A stretch of 62,698 bases of DNA, filler included, from Piptocephalis cylindrospora (lineage: Eukaryota): assembly GCA_003614145.1 (NCBI GenBank). It is 4 parts of 4 records of this genome, joined end to end, with 100 filler letters (N's around TTAATTAATTAA, not from the genome) between each part and the next. Parts side by side here need not be neighbours in the genome. Positions count along the whole stretch, not along the records: positions 15,720 to 31,337 come from KZ987890.1; 3 more parts are not named here. One strand, 5' to 3'. The notes under the pieces are model-generated. The model saw only the letters and a list, made by a program, of their open reading frames with translations. It searched no databases and was not told the DNA's origin. Below are positions 15,620-26,900 of the stretch, piece by piece. Position 1 is the first letter of the stretch, and each line of letters begins with the position of its first letter. A program made the position numbers and the translations under genes.

Positions 15620-15719
15620 NNNNNNNNNNNNNNNNNNNNNNNNNNNNNNNNNNNNNNNNNNNNTTAATTAATTAANNNNNNNNNNNNNNNNNNNNNNNNN
15701 NNNNNNNNNNNNNNNNNNN
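15620..15719. other. Artificial scaffold linker N44-TTAATTAATTAA-N44
   Basis: Six-frame-stop 12-mer in the centre of an N run. Identical linkers at 31338-31437 and 47019-47118. Confidence 0.97.
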
Positions 15720-17600
15720 CTGGGGCCTAGGATTTCCAGTCCCACCTGGTAAGTTTTTCCCTTGAGAGTGGATTGGAGATGCTCGATGGAACATTTATTG
15801 GGTTTTAGGATGGTATAATGAAGGGATAGAGCGGTAACGAAGCCCTATTTTACCTCCTTTCCCCATTTCATACTTTGCCCACCTTGAAAAACGGTCCCCT
15901 TGATAATGGGAATTAGAGTTTGAGAATTGTGCAGAGGGTATTCTAGGGGGATCCCATTGCGATTTTAGGTATTCCTGAGAGCGGATGGTCACTATTTTTT
16001 CTGGGGCCTAGGATTTCCAGTCCCACCTGGTAAGTTTTTCCCTTGAGAGTGGATTAGAAACGATGTTGTCCGTAATGATTTTCATCATTAGGGAGTTTCT
16101 GTACTCCCACAAAAACCAGGGTCAAATTTAGTTCCTATTCTTGCCCCATAAGTTCCTCTTTCATATATATAGGGCCCCTCTTGTCTCCCTTCCCTTACAC
16201 TTTTGGATAGACATCAAATGTTTTCCCTCTGTTCTTGTTGCCTTGTTACAAAAACAAGCCAAGGGAGACCCCTCCTGCCGTGCTTCATTGAAAACGCTGA
16301 TGGGACGGATGCTATAAAGAAGAGGGAAGGGGGAAAGAAGTGTGTAGTTGAAGTCTTTTCCTTTCCCCACTCTCTTATAGTTACTTCTTGGAGAAACCTC
16401 TCACTGCCCCTAGTCTCTCTCAATGTGCTGTCCCACCTCTTCATTTGTTTGCACCCGATGTGCCCTAATTGTTCATTTGCCTCAAGGCTCCTCAGCTTGT
16501 CCCACCTCTGTCACTTTCAAGCGTTCCTCCCTTAACCGCTTTCACCAGGCCCAGGAAAGTCAGAATCATGGCCACCCTTACGGTATCTACTGACCGCACC
16601 AAGGAAAAGTGGTCTGGAGGGTAGTGAACGTCCAGGGCTCAATCCACCGCAAATGCTAATTTCAGAGGGCTTTTATCATACTCCCTACTCTCCTCATTCT
16701 GAAGCCGCTCACTTCTTTCCCTTTGCCTCCCGGTTTCCCATCCTTGCCTATAAGCTTGGGGCTTGGGTTTAATATGGCGTCTCTGGCCCCCAGGGATATA
16801 AACCCTTTTCGTAGCCTTCTCACCCCCTGGATATCCCGGCTCAAGGTATAGTAAATCATTTATCTTGGCCATTCTCTTTGTCTGGATCTCTCGCATACCC
16901 ACGTATTTATCCTTAGAAAGTCTGGCATTCTCATGCATGATACCCTTCACAAGATCCTTATCAATCTGAATGCTGTGATCATTCTGTCCTAAGTATCGCT
17001 TAATCATTTTTGGGTAAAAACGCGAGATTTCTATGTCCCACCCATTTAACTATGCTCGATGCCTGTGGAGGCAAACCTAAGCCGCCTTAATAAATGATAT
17101 GGGGCCCTGGCAAATAATCGTTGACCATTGTTGAATTTCAGTTGGTGGTTGGTTAAGTCGTAATTGATCACCCCTAGGTAACAATTGGCCCGTTGAATCC
17201 AACCATATATTATTACTGAATGCTATTCAATAATCGGATATCAATTGCTAATCCTCGGAAGAGCTTTACTTATCCTGGAACAATAGAGGGTTTATGAGGA
17301 GTCATCAAGGTAGGATACGAGCGGGTAGAGAAGGGCCAGATGGTTGATGAGATAAATCCACGCCTGAGAGAAACAAGGTAAATCTAGTGTTTAGGTACTT
17401 GTTTTGAAGAGCTAATTAGGGAGACGAGCTAGCCTTTAAGCATGTCCACTTCTCCCCTCCAAATCCTAATAGTATCTCAATATCTAGACGATTGCGAGGT
17501 ATCCCGATAAGGATATTTAATATTCATATTCATCGCAGCCTCCGCCTACCCATTTCACCGCAAGTTATGATATGCTCAAGAAGAAAACGACCCCACAACC
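15720..17600 (-). mobile_element. Heavily decayed Ty3/gypsy-like pol remnant (RT to integrase)
   Basis: Minus-strand fragments in gypsy order: GRRRLR*..ILNIL..IEILLGFGGEKW (RT start-like, ~17440-17555), DLLYLE..KRVYIPG (pre-integrase linker, ORF 16639..17007), IGLRYRSIPSLYHPKT (STAYHPQT-like, ORF 15795..15992). Many stops and frameshifts. Confidence 0.5.
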
Positions 17601-18279
17601 AAGTCGTTCCCATTTACACCCTTCTACCACGTTGCTTTAACCCTGGAGATATAACCCTGGAGATATAGGTTATAGTAGTGGACGAGGCACTTTCGCGGGA
17701 AAACAGGCTTGGGGCCCCCTAACTTGGGCTAGTCATCTACATCGTGCCATCAGCTCTAAAATGTACATAATTTGGGACGCCCAGGATATGAAAGAACACG
17801 TCATTACTGAACGTACTGTTTACCACATTATAGCTCATGGGCGGTGGCCTTGTGTAATTGGGACAATGTCAAGGGGAGAGAACAAGGATATATAAAAAGA
17901 CACGTTGTTGCGGAACAAGTCATGTGCTTTATAACCGTTTCCAAACTTGAAATCATGCCCACTGGTGCAGATAACATAAACATTACAACCCCCATTCTCT
18001 TTTAATTATTCATAAGGATGTGTTTAGCCCTGAGATATGAAACTTCATCGGAGTATCTAGAAGAAGTACAGAACTTAGCATTATAGACCATCATGATGCA
18101 TGACGCCTTCATGGGTGATATCTCCATGGGCTTTTCTGGCGAGTCCATGATTTTCTTAGTCAGCTTTTCAGAAGCTTCCATCTCTCTCTTACCACCCCAA
18201 TGACCGCCATCCGTAAATGCTTCCATAAGCTGTAACGCGAGAAAGGCCAAAGTGGTTTGACCTCTGAGCCGGACACATA

Positions 18280-19723
18280 CAGCGTTTGTGAAAATAAACC
18301 GATATTTATACCGCCATGGACCCTTTTCTTCGTCATTCTTCTTCTGGGAAATCATTCTTCATGAAATAAAGTACACTGGAAACGTGAGAACCACACGATC
18401 AGGGATAGCTGAAGTACTTTTAAATGGAAAAATAAATCGTTTCAGGAATTAAAACTTTGTAAAACAAATTGTGTCGGCACTGTAGTGAAACAGGATCAGC
18501 TTGAAATACACTTTTCTTAATCTCATTATAAAAACTAACATATTAGGAATCAAGCTATAAGAACATCAGTATAAGAACCAGAGCTCTTCATTATCCCCTA
18601 CACCACGATCTCCTTCAGCTCGCTCAACCATGAAAGCCATACCAAAAGAAACAACTATGCGCATCAAGATGTTCCTGGAGAAGGGCCAATCAGTGCGCCA
18701 AGTGGCCATCAAGGCCAAAGTAGGATCATCTACGGTAATGAGGAGGCGTAAGGAGCTGGGTATCGTGGGAAAACCTAACCCAGGTGGCCGCCCAAGGCTT
18801 CTAACCCCAAGAGAAGAACGGATGGCCGTCCGAAATGTAACTACAACACGCGGGGGATCAGCCAGGAGGGTCGCAATGCAGGTTTCCGCCGATCGTGGGG
18901 AACGCTTCAGTGCTGAGATAGTGCTTTGTACCCTTAAAAGGAGAGGATTGAGAGGCAGGAGACCTGGAGATGCCATCCATGACGGAAATGTAGTATCTAT
19001 AATTAAGTTTGGAGGAGGTAATGTGCTGATTTAGGGCTGTATTCCTGTTTATGGGGTTGGTAGACTCCATAGGGTTGGCGGGAAAATGGATGCGGACGTA
19101 TACTGTGATGCATTGGAAGAAAGCTATCTATCATCCCTGGATGACTGGGGCCTTGGTGAAGAGGATATCATCTTTCAGCAGGATAATGATCTAAAAATAC
19201 CTTTACTAAGGCCCGGAGCTGGCTTTCCTCAAATAGGATCCAAGTCCTGGAATGGCCTTCTCAGTCTCCAGACTTGAATCTTATTGAGCGCCTTTGGGGA
19301 CACCTAAAGAGAAGCCATTAGCCACCTACAAGAGGGCCCCCGCTAGTATCAATGCTCTTTGGATTCGGGTGAAGTCAGAATGGGATGGGATCCCTCAAGA
19401 TGTAGTCCTGAATCTCATCGACAGCATGCCTTCAAGAATTCAGGCCGTCCCAAAGGCAAAGGGTGGACGTACTGGGTATTGATGGTTGGCAATGGAATTT
19501 GCAAAATCTTGCATCGAAAGTGTGCCGGTGTAGTCTATATCGTAATTTCTTGCTTTCTGCAGTGGGTTATTGAGTAATTTAACATTGCTTTACTTACTCT
19601 TGATTGCATGATTCATGCACATCTAGTGTACTTTATTTCATGAAGAATGATTTCCCAGAAGAAGAATGACGAAGAAAAGGGTCCATGATGGTGTAAATAC
19701 TGGTGTACTTTCACGATACACTG
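18280..19723 (+). mobile_element. Tc1/mariner (IS630-Tc1) DNA transposon, 1444 bp
   Basis: ~100-bp TIRs (18280-18378 vs 19625-19723) starting CAGCG/CAGTG. TA at 18278-79 and 19724-25. Transposase relic inside. Confidence 0.93.
18630..19482 (+). pseudogene. Tc1-type transposase pseudogene
   Basis: HTH region SVRQVA..GGRPRLLTPREER, then KFGGGNVLI*GC, IFQQDND and WPSQSPDLNLIERLWGHLK. Internal deletion of the first catalytic D region, a stop and frameshifts. Confidence 0.9.
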
Positions 19724-19919
19724 TATCATGACTGTTTGAAAAATCATAGATATCCCAACGGAAATGACTAGGGAAGATGATGGATGGCTATGTCCGGCTC
19801 AGTCTTAACCGTGGGCTGCATTGTATAATAAAAAGTTGTGTATGAGAAGATATGTCCCAAAGATCATGGTAAAGGGGAGGGTCATTCTCACTAGTAGCAC
19901 GCAAGCTGCTCATTCATTT

Positions 19920-22480
19920 TTAATCATCTCCACCGGAGGATAGATTACATTGGTCTCTCAAATCAATGAATAGCTCCCCCGAGAGCGCCTTTGCAAACAT
20001 ACCCCTGATGGAACACCGGACCATACAATCGATCCTCCGAAAAAGTAACCAAAGTTCCTTGTCAAACTTAGAGGCGGCATCCTTTACAAGACGCCTCTGA
20101 TGCCTCTGCATAAGGTCTACAAGGGAAATATAAGCAGGTAGATATTTCACTTGAGACCACACACCAGGCTTTACGTAATGGGACCGCAGCTGACCAGGGC
20201 GTGGGAAAAGGTATCGGAAAAGCTTCCACCAAGAGCTGATTTTCCTTCTGCTTGATACATGCCTTTCTTGACGATGGCCAATGGCTTGACGGACCTGTTC
20301 CAGATTCCACTCAGTGATGATCCTAGTATCCGCGAAATCCTTCGCAGCATTGATCAGATCTTGCCGAAGAAGTTTGATGATCAGGCCGGCGATCACTTCA
20401 GGGGTCAGTAGCACACTACGTTCCACTTCTTTGTCATAATCGCCGCCCATCAGGTCCCGCATCTCCTGCTCACCGATTAAACTGTTCAGAGTTTCTTCCC
20501 TTCCTGCCTCATCACCACTCGAACTATCCCTACCCACCACACTTTCCTCTTCTTCACCGACCACATCATCCCTATCTAGTCTCCCTTCCTCCTCTTCTTG
20601 AATAACCGAACGACAAGGCAATGCCCACACAGAGAGCCAGATGACCTTGTCATGGGTAGTGTAGATCCAGCCAAAAGTCTCAATGGATTTCCCGAGGTTA
20701 AGAGACCTGGAATCCGTGCGATTCGGGTTTCCATACACATACCTTCGATCATAGGAAAAATACTTTCCTCGATAAAACCCCCGAAATAGAGAGGCGAGCA
20801 GTCGCATAAAGGATTCAGTACTGGGATCCGGGGGAAGGCCTTTCCTCTCGAGAGCCCGATCGACCCGCTCTGCTCCATCCCTTACGATCCATAGGCAGGA
20901 AGCCTGGAACCGGGCAGCAGTCAAGGATGGCAGAGCAATAAAATACTCTTGATGGTTTGCCTTCACGGCTTCACACTCATTCATGAATTCCTCCAACCCA
21001 TCTACTCGAAGGAAACGGTCCCCTGTAATCCTTTGCTCGTATCGGGACCCCCACGACATCATGCGACCGTCCTCTAACCCACCGATTAAAACCTTCCATG
21101 CGTCTTTCATCTTCATGTTGGACCACTTCATATCGTGCCATTGCAATCTGCTCATCCAATGATCTCTCGCCCCAGAGATAAGCTCCTTGTCAACTTGATA
21201 GACTTGCGCATACGCAGGATCGGGATGCTCCTTTCCTACCTCAACCACGTCCCGCCCACCTGGGCCAACAGTCATCCCAGTTACGTCCTTTGTCAACCAC
21301 CACTCGGCCAACTTTGGCTTTAGGTTCATGCCGGTCTTCATCTTCAGACACCCTTCTCTTTTCCATAAAAGGTGAATGGGACCATGGGCGGCAATGGCGA
21401 CTTCCGAAGGCATAAATTCAACTGCAATGTCCACTTGCATTCCCTTCATCCCCTCATCTCCAAAGGCGCCGGCGTACCGCCTCATCACTGTGTCCTTCCA
21501 CGATCGTAGACCCTCGGGATTGAGGAGTTCACGGTACGGCACCACTGTACCGCCTTTGACGCCCTTACACGCGGCATGGAAGAAGAAGCCGTTGAAGTGG
21601 GACTGGAGATGATCATCTTGATTGACGATGGATCTCATCTCCCTAGTAACACCGTTGACTTCGAGAGGTTGAAGAATATGACCGATCATCCCCTTCTTGT
21701 CATAGTCCCTGGCGTTCCGTGCGGTTGGCCTCAAGTGCTGAAGTCGGTTGGGGCCAAGGAAGCGGCGACATGCTGGAAGAACTACAGACTCATACCACAA
21801 ATCGAGGAGAGGTGTTGGTAGGTAATCCTGACCAGGGGGTAGGTACTTGGGGGAGAGGGAAGGGAAAATGGCATGGATAGTGATTGTGCCTCTTGTTTTC
21901 CCAAACAAGCAGTGAGGAGTTCTGCTCATTGGAACTCTCCCCGCCTGGTCAACCTTTGGGACAAATTGATGATTCCCCACAATATTCGACCCTTGATGAG
22001 GATTTGGAAAAATGTGAATGGGATCTTGGGCCGGAATGTAATCGAGATTCCACAGGACAGAATCAACGTCAATGAAGGCATCCAGCTCGGGAACTTGAGG
22101 TAATTCGTGTGATTTGATCTCTAGTCTCCGCGGCACATGGCTATATCCTACCCGGTGACCATAAATTACCCTTTCGATGTCCAGACAACTAATCGGACAA
22201 GCGACCCCTTCTTTAAATGAGAAAGACTTCAGAAAGTCCTCGAGGAATTCAACCTCTTCACTTCCTTCCTCTCCCTTTTGCAGTACAGGAGGTGCACTAA
22301 ATTGTGTCAACAAAGGCTTTTGAGTACCACTACCATATACCCTAGTAGCTACTTTTATCCATAAGAAACCTAGCCCACTTACTGTAAGGGAGGAGGCACT
22401 ATCTCTGCTATTGTGGAGTAGATGGCTTGGTCTCTGGTGAGAGAGCTCACAGCACTACAGTACTTTCTTTCTGGAGGCAT
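19920..22480 (-). CDS. Intact ~824-aa orphan protein, probably mobile-element-derived, with Rep_trans-like motif order
   Basis: 797-codon open frame. Predicted phase-2 intron 22297-22382 (gtaagt...ttgac..tttag) joins in frame to an ATG at 22480 behind a CT-rich leader. Function not established. Confidence 0.75.
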
Positions 22481-23957
22481 ATGGTGATAATGATGGTATG
22501 AGCAATGTATCAACACCCGCTTCTGCAGGAGATGATCAATTTGAGGACGAAAAGGGGGAGAAGGGAGCAATAAAGAATTGAAGGGGGGGGGGATGGTGAA
22601 GCAATGAGGATGTAGTGAATGTCACGCTTTGCCAAAATAATGAAAGGAGAGAGTGTGAGTGGGGAAGTGAAAACAATAAATAAGGAAAGGAAGTAGTGAG
22701 AAGGGGAGAGGGGAAGAGGACGAGGGGGGGGGGGGGTGATGAGGTGGTCTGAGCAGATAGGGGTATGCGTTTTGCACGGTGACGTTCGCGTGATAGAGCG
22801 CGCCTTCTCCGCCATGTCCACAGACGATGGTGGAGGGTGGCAAAGTTTAGACCCGTTTCTGAGCGGAATGCGCACCACGGATGTGGCTCTTCCGACATAC
22901 AAAGGATGCAGCAGGGTGAGGGAGTAGCATGTGGCTTTATAAGTGCGGAGAGTACGTGCGACGCGACACGGCCCTTCTATTGTTTTCCTTGAATGCGTCG
23001 GCTGATGATATTATGATATTGTTAGGTGTCTGGCTGACTATCAGGGAAGGGTCAGTAGTAAAGTGGTTCGAAAGTGGCTTGGTCAAATGTATTGATGGAC
23101 ATTCAAAGTCCAGCCCTTTATAGGGAGCCATCCAGGAGGGTTATTCCTTATATTTAGGACTATCTTGAAATAATCCTGTGCGGCTAGATCTTTCACTTTA
23201 TCTGTCCATGAAGCTTGTTTCCTCATTTCTGCTCCTGATTTTTGTCTCTGGGGGGTTTCACATAGGCATCCCGCTCATACGGCTCACGCAATGACTTCCA
23301 AACTATTACAATGTATATTCCAGATAGTCTACTGGTACCAATAACATGCAGAAGCATAACAGTAGCTATTTCTCTGATCTTAGTTACGCCTTCCTGGCGA
23401 TCCACTTTCGCTGCTCTTGGAGGAAGCACTATCATCCGATACGCCCAGGGAAAAATAAGGGATGATGCAGGGTAATATGTGAGGCCTTGCCTATCAGTTT
23501 CCATGTTGATCACTTGATTTAATATTTGAAGTTTCCAGAACCATCATCATTTTAAAAAGCCACGCATTACACTAATAATACTGGAGATACAGTACATTAT
23601 AGCAAACGGACTTATGAGGGTTCCAACCACCATGACTACCATCCAACCGATGATCCATCCGCTGTATATATTCCGTTTCTCTTTCACTGTGAAATGCCAA
23701 GAATGAATCCCTTTGAGGGACAATGCACTAAAACAATGGGATCATTGATAATCCTTATCGTAGCGCAACCGCGAAAATAAGCCAGAACGATACATCATGT
23801 ATTCTCTTAGTGGGTTATTCCCGTAATGGGTTAACTCAATCGCTACATGCAAACAGGTACGAGGATGTGTAGTGAAACACCACGAGAACAGAAGATCCAG
23901 CATGATGACGTCCCGAAATATTCATCAAGTGATGGATAATCAATGGTAAAGCGAGGC

Positions 23958-26900
23958 TTAGGGGCGTTCCTTGGACGTGCGCTTGCCAAACATTCTCCGA
24001 AGCTTGTTACGAATCTTAGCCGCCCACTTTACTTTAGCCGGTTTGACCTATTAAATTAAGGGACGATGAGAAGTGAGAGATCAGCAGCCAGGAGACAATT
24101 GAACCTCCATCGCACTCCTTGTATACATTGGGGTCATTGAGGCTAGAGCTCTTCATGACGCCATGAAGAACAAAAAGTAATTGGATAGGTCCAGAGAGAA
24201 TGTGGAATACGACCAAAGTGAAGCGGGCGGGACATATAGAGAAGGATGAGTAAAAGTTTCGTATAAAAATTGCGCAAATGTTCAATGATGATCGATGAAA
24301 CAGGATCTGTGTGGTGAGCAATTCTCCATCGTTAACTTACCGGTGAGAGTACTGGCTTCACCTCTTCCAGCCTGAAGTGCGTCTTAGCTAATGAACTTTG
24401 AGCTTTCCTTATCTGCCCCTATGTGAGAAGGTTTCGTGGGCGAAGTTATCGTTAAGCAAGGAGATATTGGTGAGCTTGACATGAGAGGAAATGGGGCAAG
24501 AAACCCTCCTTTTATCCGAGATAAAAGGCCACATCCCTACTCAAAGCCTCTGCAGTGGGGGATGATTGGATAGCCTATCTCAATGTTCTCACTAATCGAC
24601 AATCGATAGCACCATCCAATTTGCCACCCAGTCACCATGTGCTTAGGAGAAGCTCAAATTTCAAAACTAACCTGTTGATGGATAGTTGACTTAGCCCGAG
24701 CATCTTGCTCACGCGCCTTCTGCGCCCTGGCCATTTGCTAAATGTAGTGTAACAATAAGGGTTAGTCTAAGATACTCCCTACCTCAAGAAATATATCCTT
24801 CATAGCTACTAATTCATACCGCAAGTAGGTCGTCACCAAAGCCATCATCATCATCATCATCCTATATACAAAAGGTTAGTAGACATTACCAAGGCAGAAG
24901 AGTGGCAATTTAGAGGGATTTAGCCCCTCAAGAGACATAGAAGGACTTTAAATGAAGAGGAAAATACGTACAAAGCCATTCTTCTTCCTTGTATTCTACC
25001 AGATTGGGAAAGAGTAGGTTGTTGTGTGTGAGAAGGAGAGTAAAATATCTAGTTAATTTCTCAGCCCCTTCTTCCACTCGACTTATGCGTCAATCCTCGT
25101 ATAGGCACAGAAAGATTTACCTGTCCAAGCTCGTTACCAGTACTAAACTTATCGTTGGTCTGTATGAAAATGGTAAAGGAATTGGATCAAGGTTAATTAA
25201 CCCATGCTCATGGGGTATCTCCGAGACTGAAGAATAATCATCTCCTTTGAAAAGACCCCGTGCCCCTACGCTTCACCTACCGAATGTGGTTCCTCGACTA
25301 GAGTTTTCGACATTCTCCTCTTGGGGAACTCCTGAACCTAATAAAGATTCCCGAAAGATGAGCAATTGTACACAGCCTTTAATAAAGGAAGCGCCAACAT
25401 GGGTCCATGATGCCAGGTCTGCGTGGTGAGTAACTCTCTATCATTAACTTACCGGTGAGCGTACTGGCTTCACCTTTTCCAGCATGATGCGCGTCCCAGC
25501 TAATGAACTTTGAGCTTTCCTTATCTGCCCCTATGTGAGAAGGTTTCGTGGGCGAAGTTATCGTTAAGCAAGGAGATATTGGTGAGCTTGACATGAGAGG
25601 AAATGGGGCAAGAAACCCTCCTTTTATCCGAGATAAAAGGCCACATCCCTACTCAAAGCCTCTGCAGTGGGGGATGATTGGATAGCCTATCTCAATGTTC
25701 TCACTAATCGACAATCGATAGCACCATCCAATTTGCCACCCAGTCACCATGTGCTTAGGAGAAGCTCAAATTTCAAAACTAACCTGTTGATGGGTGGTTG
25801 ACCTATCCTGAGTATCTTGCTTACGCGCCTCCTGCGCCCTGGCCATTTGCTAAATGTAGCATAACAATAAGGGTTAGTGTAAGATACTCCATTCCTTTCC
25901 CTATCTCAAGAAATATATCCTTCATAGCTACTAATTCATACCGAAAGTAGATCATTATCATCATCATCATCCTATACAAAAGAGATTGGTGGAAATGGCC
26001 AAGACAGAAAGTGGTGGGTTGGAGTTGTTTAGCGCCTCAAGAGGCATATAAGTACTTTAAATGAAGAGGAAAATACGTACAAAGTCATCCTTCCTTCTCG
26101 TATTCTATCAAGTTGGGAGAGTAGGCCATTGTTATGTGAGAAATATGATAAAATATTTAGCTGATCCCTCTACTGTACGTACCGAAGAGTCCCCTGAAGA
26201 GCCTGTAGAGCTTTCCGAGTTGGGACTTGTACCCTGCCTTCCTGTAGTAGACAAGGGGTTTCCTGCTTCCCTGACAGCCTACGGGAGAAAGAAAAAAAAT
26301 GATTGATGAGAGACTCCAGGAGCAACGACGAAGGGTATGGCGTATCATGTAGCATTGCAATAAAGGGAAAGTGGCATATGCACATATTGCTTATAGCTCG
26401 TACGGCTGCCTTGCATGCTTTCCCTTTCCAACATTTCTCTTACCTCAGGTGTTCCGTATTTTTTCTGGCTCTTGATAAGGGAATTCTCGATGTCATTTAC
26501 CCACTAGAATGAGTAGTAATAAAGAGGGATAGATCAATAGTATTGCGATTAGATTTGATTACTTGCCATCTAGAAGTCATAGAAATAAGCCAAAAGACAA
26601 GGTACCGTCTGTATCTCTGGGTCCTTGTTGAGGGTTCGCAGGCGTCCAAGATCCTCGACGAGCGCAGAATATCTCTATAGTTACCGTAGTGTTGATTTAA
26701 GTGATGATAGCTTCTTCTATGCGCAATTTTTTTCTGTGGGCTTGGAATACTTACCCATTGTAAAAAATCGGCACGCTCCTCAAGCTATCCAGGGGAGCGT
26801 GGCATTGATGGGGTAAGTGTGGTTAACATGAAGGATAAAAAAGAGCGCAATGCTCTCATACAACACTTACGTAGTTGATCTTATCCTGTAAGGAAATGAT

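Noticed and set aside
15664..15675. TTAATTAATTAA palindrome recurring three times
   Set aside because: Always centred in 44+44 N, so it is an artificial six-frame-stop linker rather than biology.
17639..17666. aaccctggagatat x2 tandem duplication
   Set aside because: Isolated 14-bp slippage duplication in decayed DNA with no evident function.
24384..24386. TGG-to-TAA change suggesting RIP or a pseudogene in the duplicated block
   Set aside because: In the phase-0 frame of the gene model it is GGG vs AAG and both copies stay open.
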